DNA from: Vermamoeba vermiformis
Lineage: Eukaryota
Assembly: GCA_045837725.1 (NCBI GenBank)
Contig: JBEWZL010000123.1
Location: 1-64,000 of the forward strand
Direction: 5' to 3'
DNA: 64,000 bases
Below the pieces are notes generated by a model that did no database searches, was not told where the DNA came from, and saw only the letters and a program-made list of their open reading frames with translations. A program made the translations under genes and the position numbers. Positions 1-13,398 of the stretch are shown here, in pieces. Numbering within the stretch: the stretch's first letter is position 1; each line of letters starts with the position of its first letter.

Positions 1-2945
1 AAGTCTTTTAAGAGTTTGCTCGATCCTTAACGAAAAAAGCTGCGAGCCTCAAAGTGCAGGTAAAAACATCGTCAACTCAAGTCATTATAAATTAGGGCCT
101 AATTCTTTTATGTAGAGCAAGTCAGATCTTTTTGGAACGATCGCGTAAAGGTCCTTCCTGAAGACGTTCAAGCCAAGATTGCGTCTCAGTGCTCATTTTC
201 TACTTTGAAATGCGTGCACCAAGATGAAGTATGGCTGTTGGATATTGAACTCCTCATCGGAAGGTAACTCAACAAAACGCATCCGTACAAATTTATTAAC
301 GCTACTTAGTATCAAACAAGAAGAGGATATGCTTCGCTATATGTATTGGAAAGACCCTAAACATCCGTTGTTGCGTCATTACGAAGAAAATATGCTCTTG
401 AAGCCCTTGCAAGATCCGCAACTTTTTGACAAGATCTCCCAACCCTGGAATACCGTATACAAAGATGCCGTAAGAAAATTAGACTATAATTGGCTCCAGG
501 ACTGACCATATTTTGATAGACTTACTTGGATCCTTTGATCCAGCCTAAAAACCAATACCTTAAACACTTAAACGACAGAGGGTACTACAACAGGAAGAAG
601 AAAGAGGAGCTAAAAATAGAATATAATAATGAACAACAATCCATTGCAGAGTTCGAGAGGTGGAGCAGAAATCAATTGAACGGAATGAACTGGAACAACG
701 TTCTCGTCGTTGGTGGATCTATTCTTGGCAGCATCCGCTACTCGAACACAAAAGGCATAGACCTGAGAAAGACTCTTCGAGAATACTCAGATATTGATAT
801 TTATGTCTATGGATTAAGCCCCGAAGACGCACAAAAGAAGGTATAAATTCTAATTCTAGATTTTAGTCTTGACCTGATCTGATCGTACTCGCCAATAGGT
901 CTTTGAGATATTCAAGATATTGCAAAGCAACACAGAGGAGTCACTGGGTATTTGGAAGTCCAACAACACTGTTACAATAGTGTCGTCCACTCGTCGCGAA
1001 TCTGTCAGCTGCTTCGTTAACGTTCAGATCATTTTAAGGTACGCGCTTCTTCAATCAAGCAAACAATACTAACATATATGTAGTGCATATACATCGCCAC
1101 TGGAGGTACTACTGTCGTCTGATTTCAACACGTGCGCAGGTAAGATAAATAAATAATTTTTCAAAGGGCGGATCTTAACGCGTAATTTTCACAGTGGCTT
1201 ATAACGGCAGGGAGATCATTGCGATACCGAGGTAATATATCTGCCTAGTAGAGCCATGTGACAGTGTTTTTAACGTGATCTAGATTCGTTGCCGGCATGA
1301 TGTACGAGATGAACTTCTTGGACAGCAGCATCAAGTTCGGACCTAAACTTCGTTGGGAACGAATTGAGAAGTACTACAAGAAAGGCTTTGACTTTAGTGC
1401 CCCTCTTCATCTTCGTGTACATGGACTTGGTTCATTCAGTAAGTCAGATACATCATACTCAGTACTTCTATTGTCTTGCTAACGCACGCACGATACTAGC
1501 CACCCGCGAGGAGTTCAAGCGCGGACAAGCACTGCATCCAAACACAGTTCAAATGGTCGAGCTCATGTGCTTGCTCAAGCCACATATTCTCGGCACTGCT
1601 TTTGGTAACAACGACTCTAACAGCACGTTCGGCCTTGAACGCGAGGGCGTGTTCAGGAACTGGCATTGTAAGTTACTTCTGATTGATCCATCGTACCTTA
1701 TGCATCGACTCACTCTGCTGTCAGTGACGTGGATGAAAGGTATTTGGAGTGACAGGCAAGTACGACAGTTCCCCGTGAGTGGCGTGATCCAGGACAGAGA
1801 CAATCCCGTGGAGTACAAGTCGGATTATCTCATGCTGAAAGAGAAGTTGCAAGATATTCCGCCTTGGGTCACACAGTACTACAAGAAGTACGTCACGTGA
1901 TTCAGTGAACTGGACAGCATTACTAACATTACTAAATATAGCCAACAAGTGCTGTTGATGCCGCACACTGGCATTCGCGAGCCTCCTCACTACTTGACGT
2001 ACATATTTAACCAATTCGATGTGAGGTATGTGACATTAATAGCGTCTATTAGTGATAACATATTAATAATAAAATGGTAGTGAGGGCGACATGCACTTCG
2101 ATCCAAAACGACATACTGATGTTGAGGCATATGTCGACCAATACTGCAAGTTTACGCCTTATAATGACAGTAAGTGCACTCGACAGCATTGTGCGACAGT
2201 ACGGCATTAACTTTGCGGAAATTTCAGGCGCGTACCAGTGCTTCCATTTGAACTATCTCGTGGACAAAGAGTTCAACAGTGCCATCAACCCTTATGTCCA
2301 GTCTAACACTAGTCTCATGGAGCTCGTGCATAATACTGACTGCACGTGGTTTGAGTTTGGAAATTTCGAAGAATATTTGAAGGGCGAGATCCGCACCCTC
2401 GAACATGCGTTCCAAATGCACGGCAAGAACTGGTACGGATATTTCATCCTTGGCTTGGTTTCTAATGTCCTTATTAGGAAATTGACATTGAAGTATGCAA
2501 GTCCGGAGATCTCATTCGTAATGTTGAAAAAAGAGCCTGATGATGCTCAAGTGATGCAAGATCCATTTTATTGTCCGAAAACATTTGTTAATTTCACGAT
2601 TGTTTGCCAAAATCGTGAAGATATGTATTTTTTGCTTGGCACTCCCACGAAATACAGGCACAGCTGCGATTATGTTATGGGTAAGTACATCCGGAAGATC
2701 CCGGATCTGATCTCCTAATTTTTTTATTTTAGACGGCTCTCAGGTATTCACTAATGAGGAGCCCCATAATACATGGATGACCTGGATTACAAACGACTAT
2801 TTCCAGCCTAAAAAGGGTTGCATTGGCGATTACATCACTACACCAAGGTTCATCGACGATAACGAGACTATTTGGCTCGTAAATATGCAGATCATACGAC
2901 CTAAATTCAATGCAGTAGCTATATAACCATGTCGTATTAGTAAGT
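1..2945 (+). CDS. Multi-exon, 5'-truncated protein with a Pol-beta-type nucleotidyltransferase-like domain
   Basis: Motifs NVLVVGGSILGSI...YSDIDIYVYGL (GS...DxD) and ERIEKYYKKGF. ORF pieces 224-505, 526-846, 1297-1482, 1364-1900 and 2074-2718 are joined by short GT-AG introns (e.g. 264-310, 469-519). The 3' end is approximate. Confidence 0.6.
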
Positions 2946-3135
2946 AAAGTTAGATAGCTTTAAAGTTTGGATCCGTTTGCCCAAATTTAGTAACGTGATC
3001 GCATATTTACAAGAATGTCAATTTTATTACACTACGACTCACTAACCACTAAAAATTATCACTGAGTGCTCAATGATACAAAAACTCTTTCGAGAACGTC
3101 GTTACTGAACCGTAGCGGATCCAGTACGCGACCCT

Positions 3136-3935
3136 TTAAAAGAGAAGAGGGTGCTCAGGGACCTTGAATTTCTTCAAGTTCATGAACGGTCTAGCGGACA
3201 ACTTGTAAGCAGCGCTATCGCAAGTGCTGGGCAGGGTTGAAGGCGGCGGGATCAACAGAGCCAACGAAGGTAGTGATGAAGTAAAGAGCTTCAACTTGAG
3301 TGCCGTTGTACGAGCCAATGAATACAGGGACATCGTCAGAAAAACAAGCAGCAATGTAATATCCATTTCCTGAAAGAAGAGTTAGTTACTTCGTAAGCGG
3401 ATGTAGCGTTTTTAAACTCACCTAGAGTAGTTACCCAAAGATCGCATCCTTTGTCGCCAATGTAGCTGTCAACACCCCAGTATTCAGCCTCGTCTAAGAA
3501 GCTCCAAGCGTCGACCCAACTAGAGCTGAGACCCCAGATCGAGCATAGGCCTGTGGTGCTATCGTACCAGAATGCCTGGTTCTGTCAACGATATCAAAAT
3601 TTTCGTTTTTTGAGCTATAGACAAGTAACTTACGCTTTCCCACGAGGCAATGAACTCGCCCAAAGGGCTGAAGTCCTTGTCAAAAGTATCGGTGCGAACT
3701 CTAATTCGGATACAATCAATATAAACTCCGCAACGATAATGAACTCAATACTAACGTACCTTTGGTTTGCTTGGTCATAGTAGATGCGAGCAGAAGTGTA
3801 GCCGCTTTCGGTCAGTGCGAAGGCAGAGATTGTAAACTCGGTTGGTGGATTTGGCTTAGGGGCGTCAAATATCACTGCTGCAGTAACAGCACAGAGCGCT
3901 GCTAATGCGAGGAAGATCATTTTAGTGGAGTTCAT
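3136..3935 (-). CDS. Secreted ependymin-related (EPDR-like) protein with an apparent +1 frameshift near the C-terminus
   Basis: Signal peptide; P-x-EF...ARIYYDQANQR; GCDLW; C-terminal VDPAAFNP followed, one base out of frame, by PSTC, matching the EPDR D-P-x-x-F-x-P-P-x-x-C ending. Confidence 0.6.
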
Positions 3936-4501
3936 TGTTGTGCTTGATGTTATTGGTGAGCGTCAAATTGAAATTGAAGAGAAAGTGATCGGATCTTGAT
4001 ATTTGTATTTGCCGGCGAGCACGTGACCTCCTTATGAATTTCAAGAACACAAACGCAGGTTCAATTTTTTACGCGTAAAAACAACACGAAAACAAAGCAT
4101 CAAAATGTTACTTAAATCGAATTGGCACGTGAAGTTTCCAGTTCACCGGACAACAGGACTCATTTATCTAATCAAAAATCTCTCCTTCTGCTGCCTACCA
4201 GTATAGCACTGCTACTGCTTGGACGAGCAATTATTTTTTTGGCGTGTTCTGTTCTACATCGGGATTTTGGTTTGGATCCGAATTTTTTCACTTATAAAAC
4301 AGTGGCACCGAGAACTTAGTGCAAGTAAAACCGTAGCTTAGTCAATTTTAAGACTTTGTTACGGAGGTGATGATTTGTTTTTTCAGGTCTCGTTGTGAAT
4401 CAAAATAATTGAAAGATATTTTCCGATCACCGGCAAAAACAAATTGTCTGCGGTTTATTATTTATTTTCCCCCAATAGCGGCGCAACATAAAACCTAGAA
4501 A

Positions 4502-5655
4502 ATGACTATTCTAGCTAGACTTATTCTGTTGGCAATTTTATTCTGTGGATCTGCTTTCGCGCGCCAAGTAAGAAACAAATATCTATGCGAGTTAAAATCA
4601 ATCTAATTATTTTTCAGACCATCTACGTGACACGCAACAGCCCTTCATTTAATTGCCCGAATTATTTATTCTATGCGGGTCTTGCTGCCGCCGGTCAAAG
4701 CGCCGTGACTTTGGAGCCTGTTTTGACACCTGTCGTTCGCACTTACAATCGTAATGCGGCTGGTTTTTACAACAATGTCAGCAGAATTGCCGTAGATGCG
4801 GGCAACGCGCAACTCGATACAAACGGCAAATGGTACTCGTATTTACACCCACTAGGCTACTCTCAATTATGGCAAGTCGATTCTAGCAATCAAATCGTCA
4901 ATCTTCAAACAGTTCAGACTGGCGGCATTTTCGCGCGACTTTTGAGCGACAACAGTTACATCGTTGTGCAGTTCTCATTCATTGATACATATGCTTATAA
5001 CAAAAAGGCGTGGACTAGAGTCGATAGAATTTTTTACAAGAATAACACTTTAAACCACATGTTGCCGTTTTTCGGACTTTCAGAGACCGGTAAATCCTTT
5101 GTTATAATGGACCAATCGTTCATGTCCGTGCAATTATACACTCGAAAAGGATTGACGTGGTCTTACGTCGAAAACGTGCCGCTCAACCTCACTCTCGGCA
5201 TCACGCAGTTCATCTTGCCGATCGGTACTGGCCAAGACACGATGATCTCCTCGTACTACAATTATGGTCCAAGCCCTGATGTCCCGTCAGGAGCTGTCGT
5301 CGTGCATACAAAGCGCAACGGTCAGTGGCAACAAACTGTCACTACAGCACTGGATCTTGGTCTCAAAGCACCTGCTGCGTTTGGATCCGGGGTCTTAGTA
5401 GTCGACCAAAACAACGTTCTTGTGGCTGCCCCTCGCGACAACTTCAATGTCAATGCGAGCACTGGTGGTCGAGTCTTGTTGCTGCACCGTCAATTGGACA
5501 ACAGTTGGAAATTCATCGCGGACTACGTGACCAATGACCCAGTGGTGCTCGGCAGTGGACTCGCGAAAACTAGTCAAGATATCATTATTGGAGGAGGCCA
5601 GGCTTCTCCTGTTGGCGGCGTTTGTTGGATGTATACTGCGCCATTGCCTAATTAG
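4502..5655 (+). CDS. Secreted beta-propeller-like protein with FG-GAP-like repeats
   Basis: ATG 4502, signal peptide MTILARLILLAILFCGSAFA, intron about 4568-4617; repeats AFGSGVLV...LVAAPRD...GRVLLL and LGSGLAK...IIIGG. Confidence 0.6.
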
Positions 5656-5743
5656 GAAATTGAACGAAATAAATCTTGATCTAAAACTACTTGAATTTAC
5701 TGCGAGATTAACAACAAAAATAGATAAAGTAGGACCTAGTATA

Positions 5744-6700
5744 CTATGCCTCGCGCTCTAGACCATCCATATACTCATCGCTTGCCTTAGCGTTCAAGTC
5801 CACGCTCGAATCCAACACGAAGCTCTCATTTCCGATCTGATCGCTTTCGATGCTGATGTTCGTAATGTCCATGGCGTCGTTAATGGGAATGAGTACAGAA
5901 GCACGACAATCTTCGTCCGAAGTCTGCTGTTGAAGACTTTCTAAGTGTTCTTTCGTCGCGAGGACTTCGATCGAGAATTGAAATTTCTCTTCGCTAAATG
6001 TAAAAGCGCCTTCATCATCGCAAAGCTCGAAGAATTTGTTCATTATACATCGTTTCTTATCTTAAAGTATAATTAGACACTAATGAGTTTTGAAGATCTT
6101 ACGTACTGGCTTTGACATGAAGCAAATCTGCGACAACCAAGGGTCAGAAAATTAAGATAATGGTTCCATAATATAACTTACGCGATTTGTATTCGCTGGT
6201 ATCCGATCCGATAATATTGCTGATGCAGGCCTACGAGATTTCTTAATTGTAATTTTCGGCTAGGCTCTTACCTTCAGATCTTCATTCAGAATCGCATAGC
6301 TACTCAAATCTGCAGCTCTAGTATACGATGTTATTGAATTTCAAAGTTAGAGTTCAATCGATACCTATCCGTTTGAGCTTCAGCTGTTCGAAGGTAGATC
6401 TGAATGACTTGTCGACCTTTGAATAATAAGGCAGGACCAGGTACGCTTAAGAAATCGTTCATTATGTGTTTTGATGCTAATAGAAAAGCAAAATAAATGG
6501 AGATTGCAATCGCGTACTGAACAAAAGCTGAATTTGCCTAATAAGGAAATAACGAAGAAGAACCGTTGGTACTTTTGCCCAAGCTTCCTTGTGGTCAAGA
6601 TTAGCATTTACATCACCGTAGTAGACGAATACAATTTTTCGCCAATCAACCAAGGAAAGCCTTGTCGCGTAGGTAAACGTCAAAATTTGTGGCTAGAATA
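5744..6700 (-). CDS. Hypothetical multi-exon protein with acidic C-terminus
   Basis: Terminal ORF 5744-6043 plus several minus-strand donor sites upstream; start not resolved. Confidence 0.4.
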
Positions 6701-6764
6701 AAATTGATAACTTTTGAAGAATAATCTCCCTTCCAATCCTTTTAGTTCAATTACAACCACCAGT

Positions 6765-7567
6765 ATGGCAGACGAAGACTATCGCCACCGCACTAAAGGC
6801 AGATTCGGCATCCGAACCAACAAAACGCTGAAATACAATATTGACGAAGCGTGGAACCGTCGAAGAGAAAATTTAGATAGTATTGTGGTTATAGACAAAG
6901 ATGATGAGTCTTACCGAAGAACTGATGTACGACAACTAGTTGGAGTCAGTTTGAACGCAAGAAAAAATTGGGAGTTAATTGAAAATAAAGACAAAAATTC
7001 TCTCAAAAGTTCTCAAGATGGTAAGTTTAATAGCGCATTAATTACAATGCAAAATAAAAATCCCGAGCGAATTCTAATTTTAAATTAGACTTGGAAGTAG
7101 ATTACGGACCCCGTATTGTTGTTTTAGAGGATAACCGACGAAGAGTTCAATCGTCACGCAAAGCAGAGATTCTGTATGAAATACATGGTGCAAGCTCTGA
7201 CCAGGAAGAAAACGAAAAAGAATCCGAATCCAATTTTATCAGCGGCACCAATAGAAAAGGCTTCTTCGTCAAAGAAAAGCGAAAGAAAGGCAAGAAAGGA
7301 GTACTAAGGCCCGAACGAAAAGGCAATCGAGCGAGATCCAAGAGTTTCAACAACAAAAGTGATTCCTCAGAGTCGGATTCGGACTCAGCGATCGACGAAC
7401 CAGAGAAAGACAATCGTCTGATTATCGCATTAATCAAGCCTAAAAACCCTGATTATGTTCGTCATGCAGATCTGCCTGGCTGTGGCTGTCCGTTGTGTAC
7501 TGGCAGAGTAAAGAACTCTAAAGTAGCGCAACGAAGAGAAATCATACGCGATATTAGTGACTTGTAA
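6765..7567 (+). CDS. Hypothetical basic/acidic low-complexity protein with C-terminal H...CGCxxC motif (paralog A)
   Basis: ATG 6765, one intron 7021-7088, intact frame to TAA 7567; homologous to 8576-9400. Confidence 0.65.
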
Positions 7568-7743
7568 ATAGTACATAAATAATAGTAAAATCGATTGTCT
7601 ATGGAAGCTTGATCTGTCTTACCTGATAGAGAAGCGGAGACACCAAGAAGGAGGAAACGAAAAAAAAAGAAGAAAGAAGACAGAGAAAAGAGAAATTTCT
7701 CCCAAAAGAAGCCTTTAACACACATGAAAACAACTGCCAAAGA

Positions 7744-8148
7744 ATGGGAAGTTCCAACAGCTACTGCAGCACCGCCCTGATAGAACACTTAGTTTACGTT
7801 ACGGAGGATTTTTCGAGCAGGCGTATGAAAGAGAAGTTTGAGAGCAGTGACCCGAAGAGAAGGATTTTTTGCTGCACTACCAATGGGCCATACGAGTTCC
7901 TTGTTCATACGCCCGCAGAATGCCCCTCATGTCATAGACAAACAAACTTCTATGACATTGTCAAGAGCGCCCTGAATGGTAATACCCACAATTCTAATTT
8001 TATTAGAACTGCAGTTGCCGACGGGAAACACAAGATCCAGATTCAAGGATCCTCTGTTAAATTCAAGTACCACTGCGCAAAATGTAATGCGGAGGTATAT
8101 CCTAACCAGCACAGCTACTACGGTGCTACAAGTTACTGTTATGCTTAA
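7744..8148 (+). CDS. Small intronless Cys/His-rich putative zinc-binding protein, possibly N-myristoylated
   Basis: 134-aa ORF starting MGSSNS; CC, CPSC, H and CAKC residues. Confidence 0.55.
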   Translation: MGSSNSYCSTALIEHLVYVTEDFSSRRMKEKFESSDPKRRIFCCTTNGPYEFLVHTPAECPSCHRQTNFYDIVKSALNGNTHNSNFIRTAVADGKHKIQIQGSSVKFKYHCAKCNAEVYPNQHSYYGATSYCYA

Positions 8149-8575
8149 GATGGACAGCGGAGTATCCTTCCAGAACGAGAACAGCTATCCTTCTTTGTAA
8201 CCGGGTTCTTTGTAACTCAGAATAAACTCTCATCACTTTATTAATGGTATGAGTGCTGTTGCATATCTTTAAAACTTGGACTGAGTAGTAATCATTCTGA
8301 CATTATCGGGGCGCGGAGACGGAGTAAGTTACAAAAATAGAAACGACTGAAAGTGTGAAACGCCGACAGTCTACTCCGCGTTGAAGAATTTTAAATTAAA
8401 CTTGACATGCCCAAGAACCTCTAGTACACTAATGGGCGTTCAGTTTTTGCATAGGCATAAAACAACGTTGTTATTTGCACCACTTTTATTGTCTTTGCAG
8501 TCTCTTCCTGGTCGGTAATATTGGTCCGCCTAAAGAGGACGAAGGTTCATATTTCAATTTATTATATTCTGTAAA

Positions 8576-9400
8576 ATGGAAGAGGAAGATCCTCGGCGAT
8601 TTCAACGTAACAAAGGCAGATTCGGCATCCGCACCAACAAAACGTTGAAATACAGCAGAGATGAAACGAGGTCTCGTAGAAAAGAAAATTTGGATACTAT
8701 TGTTGTAATAGATGCAGATAATGATTTGAGCCAACACCATGAATGGCCGACAATTGTTAGGAATCAGTTTGAAGGCAAGAAAAAATTGGGAGTTGACTTG
8801 AAAATCAAAACAGAAATTCGCTAAATAGCTCTCAAGACGGTAAGCTTTGTAGTATTATTTTTGCAAATTAATTGGCGCATATTTACATTTAATATTTAAA
8901 ATGTCACTTAATACAGACATGGATGTCAATTATGGACCCCGCATTGTCATTGTCGAGGATGAACATGTTCGAAGTAGTAGTAAACCTACTAAGTGGGGAG
9001 ATTACCACCATAAATTTTACGGCCCAAACTTCTGACAAGGAAGTAAACGAGAAGGAATCCAAAACGGAAGTCGTCAGTGGCACCAACAGAAAAGGATTCT
9101 TCGTCAAATAAAAGCGAAAGAAAGGCAAAAAAGGTGTATTGAAGCCACAAGCAAATAGAGCGAGATCGAAGAGTTTCAACAACAATAGTGATTCGTCAGA
9201 GTCGGATTCGGACTCAGCGATCGACGAACCAGAGAAAGACAATCGTCTGATTATAGCATCAATCAAGCCTAAGAACCCTGATTATGTTCGCCACAAAGAC
9301 AAACTCGGTTGTGGATGCACGCTGTGTAACGGCAAAAACAGCAAAGTTGCTGCGTGCGTTTAAAAGAGAAATTATTACGATCGTAATCGATGCCTTGTAA
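8576..9400 (+). pseudogene. Disrupted paralog B of 6765-7567
   Basis: Same intron position and near-identical blocks; GAA>TAA at 9109-9111; frameshifts at about 8735-8800 and about 9355-9390. Confidence 0.65.
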
Positions 9401-9504
9401 ATAATAAATAAGATTAATTTACTTTTGATGATATTGTCTATATATTACGCTTATTTTCACATATTTGAACAAAACTGTTTTCGCGAGTATGGATCTGGCC
9501 AGTT

Positions 9505-12500
9505 CTAATCCCAATCCTTCTCGTTGTCGTTCTTGACATAGAAATTATCATCGTCTAATGAACCCAAATCTTCTACATCGTTCATATTCATGTCGATGAA
9601 CCTCTTAGACAGACCTGAACGCAGAACTGTGCCTAGCGGATGACTCGGATCCGCGTAAGACGGTCGTTTCAAGTGAGACATATCAGGCTTCTTCAACGAT
9701 TTCCTATTAGAAACATAACATATTAACATCGCAGTGCCTTCTATTATCGTAATTATAACTCACCTTGCGTTGGACAAGTCTTGCAATAACCTAGCCTCGC
9801 GTTCATCATCCGTTTCTAAAATTGACATTGTCGATTAGCAGCAGATCTGCATAACAAACTCAGACTTACCAGCAGTAGATTTGATTCGTATACTGATTGA
9901 ACCTGATGGAGGTGGCAGCGGGGCAGCGGGAACAGGAATGCTAATCAATTGTTAGTTATGTCAGGGGTATGAAGTAGATCTGAAGTACCTGAACTCCGTG
10001 ATGGATATTTCAGTACTAGTGGCAGTGCTTGAAGTAGGTGAGCCACGCTTTTGAAGCTCTTCGACGAGGTTATCACGGTCTTGTTTCAACAAATAGAACT
10101 TCTTTTCGATCTGATCCGCACGTTGTTTCCATTGCTCTTTTTCTTGAGCTTCACGAGCCAAGCCGCTCTAAAAGCATACATTAAGTAATATCCGACACCT
10201 ACTATATGAATATGACGCCGTACCTTGATCTTGGTGATATCTGACTCCAAGCCCGAAGCCAAATGTTCGGCCTTTGTAGCACGTGATTGAAGAGTTTGAT
10301 TCTCTTTGCGCAATTGTTCAGCCTATTAGCATTAGATATGATGATACAAGTGTATTCCTTAAGTCATTTTACCTGGTCCATGGCCTCCTTAGTCTTTGTC
10401 AACAAGTTCTGACGCTCGTTGGAAATGTTGGTGAACTTGACTTCCAACGACTTGAACTGATTGGTCAACTGCTTCAACTCTTTTTCAATGTTCTCTTTTT
10501 CTTGGATCTTCACAGTGGCCTCTCGCTTGTACTTGTTCATGTCCGCACGTGCTGCCTCAGCTTGACCGTGCAAAACTTTGATCTGATCTTCAGCCTTGGT
10601 CAGACGAGTGGCATATTGGTCCTTAATAATCTCCAACTGCATAATATCACCGTTAGAATCTTGAATTAATTGGAGTTGAAAATCGTTCGTACCTTCTTCT
10701 GAGTCTCGGCGTTAGCGGCCTCTTTGCTGAACTCAACCTCTGTAGTATATATTAGTATATGATTATAAATAGGATAGTATAGTAATAGGAGCCGGTCTTA
10801 ATCGATTCGTACCTTTGATGCGCTCTTGTTGCACTTTGTTGATTTCTTCTGACCGCGTTAACTTGGCCTCGCAATCCTTCAACTTCTCGTTCAAATCAGC
10901 CACAATTTCTTCTTGTTTTTGAATCTCGCCTTGATGTTTCAAAGACAACGCCTCCATCTTTGCATTATATTCATCTGCGCGCTCGTGCAACAAATTCTCA
11001 TAATCGTTCTTTTGTTGCTCAAGTGTCAGTTGCAATTTTTCATTGCTCAATCGCTCTTCTTCGAATCGGCGCTGCAAATTGTCAATGCGATCTTCGGCCT
11101 CCATTAATCTCGAATCGAGATCTATTTTCATTTGCATCTTTTCTTCGTTCAATTCTTGCAACTGTTGCGTCAGATCTTTGTTCTGCTCCAAAAGTTCCAA
11201 ATTCATTTCATCGGAGTGAAGCTTTTCTTCTTTTAATTTAATATAAGCTTCTTTAAGGTCCTTTCTATTCTTCAATAAATCGATGATTTGTTTCTTCAAG
11301 CCGTGGATCTGCTGCTTCAGATCTCGCTTTTCATTAATATGATTTCCTAATTGGTTATCCAAGTCCCTAATTGCATCACGTGCTTGAGCAACAGTCAGCG
11401 TGTCATCAATTTGCGTCCAAACATATTCTGAAGTGAATCTCAAGGACTTTCGTTTCTCGCCAGGAGGCAATACGGATCGACCTGGTAACGTTGACAATTC
11501 AACCAATTTGACCGACATTTGCTTGAATTTAGTTCCCAAGCCATAAAATCCAAGACCCTGTAACAACATTGAGTAACTATCATATTGATGAATTTTCAGA
11601 ATTTTAAAACTCGGATCTGTCAGTTCGGAAAATTTACTAACTACGTAGTATATATTTTTTTATGCACGTACCTCTTTTTTGCTCAATAATTGTCCGTCCA
11701 TGGTCGTCAATCCGTAGTTCTGCGGATCAGGCACTTGGAATCGTTGGCACAACAATTCAATAATTTGACCGGTCGGTGTAATGGCTTGAATTAATTTCTT
11801 TTGACTGCTGGCGCCATAAAACGAGGCAATTGGTGGCAAATAAATGCTCACCACGTACCCCGCGCCTCCAGCACTCTTCTGCTTCTGAATTAATTCATCG
11901 GACTTTGGCACCATGCGCAGCTCCCAATGTCTTAATAGAGAACCAAATCCATATGTCGCGAGGTCGAGTTCATCGTCCAGTAATGATCCTTTGGGCGTGG
12001 CAAGAGTGAACCGTCTAGATCCTTCGATTTTGAACTTTTTACAGATTAAACCGAGAACCTATGTAAAATAATATATTAGTATAATATACTATCATGTACG
12101 CTATTCGTATTTGTAATTATGACCGGTGCATCTGGATCTAGATCCTTGTGTAACGGAGAATAAGTTGTGTACGAGAAATTATTTCTTTGGGACAATATTC
12201 CCAAGGCATAAATAAGGTCTATAATATAATATTATAGTACTTACTTGATACACAGGCTTCAAATAATTGAGTTTGAATGCTTGGTTGCGAATATTAAGTG
12301 TTACTAACTCGGGAACATCTTCGAATATGAAATTGATAGTGCATGATTCATGATTCTCTTGTGCTATAATAATCATTAATATTAGTCATATTACAAAATA
12401 TAATACTCTTTCATATTTTCAACCGCGTAACAACACACGTGCGATTGAACAAATTGGAATTCAAGTTCAATTAAAAATAGAGCAATATCAATATACGTAA

Positions 12501-13398
12501 TGTACTATAATAAATTTTAAGTATTATTTACCAATTTCAAGCATTTGTTGCTTCATTTGAGCCAGGATCGGGTAGACACGGTGATCGCCATCCCAAATGT
12601 CCTACGGAAAAATCGAATGAGATTATCGTCATAACCACTTAAAATATTAAAGTAAATGCATTAGTTACTATTACATACACGTTCAGTGAGTCCTTGCTTC
12701 TCCAGCGCATCCAGAATTGCGCGCTTCTGTTTGTTTTTGCCGTCTTCGTCTTCTTTTACTACTAATGTCGCACCAAGATCGACCTATGACATTATTAGTC
12801 ATTATGAGCTCGTAATTGATAGTGCCACTAAATTAGGAAGTTTCGGCCGTGGAAATACGTAAAATTTTCTAAGCTTTAAATTGTAATATTCGGTTACAAA
12901 TAATATTAAATAATTATCTATTGATTTTTTTGTTGAGATAAGCAATTAAATTTTTCGATCGGTTTGAAAAAATTACTGTCCAGAATCTTCAAATAGAATT
13001 AATATTATTATTACCGAGACTTTTTTATTCTCCTCAGTAGGTGGCGTTGTATTTGTTGGCTCTGAACCATTTGCTGATGAATTTGAGTCATTACTCGTGA
13101 CCAACGCTGCTCGTGTAGCCGCTTGATCGGCCGCTTGAACCTTTACAGCACGCCATTTGGCTGTAGGAGGTGCAGTCATACTATTTGCTGTTGAAGGAGA
13201 GCCTACAGGTGTGGCTTCCGAGCTTCCGCTTGGTACGCTCGAGACGGATTGGGGAGGAGATTCGGTCGGAGGTGTAGTCGTGCCTGATTGGTCCTTTGGA
13301 GGAGGTACTTGTGGCAGTGCTTTATGAGGACGAGATACTTTCATCCATCCTCCTGTCGGTGCAGCTGGTTTATCATTGTCTCCCTGCTGCGCGCTCAT
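9505..13398 (-). CDS. Multi-exon protein: Pro/Ser-rich N-terminus, two tandem ubiquitin-fold (RA/FERM-F0-F1-like) domains, long coiled coil
   Basis: Spliced repeats VLGLICKKFKIE...FTLATPKGSLLDDELDLATYGFG and IIELLCQRFQVPD...YGLTTMDGQLLSKKE.LGFYGLG; heptad-rich ORFs 9961-11400. Confidence 0.65.

Noticed and set aside
469-519. TGA at 503-505 as selenocysteine or recoded stop
   Set aside because: It lies inside a GT-AG intron with a CTGAC branch point.
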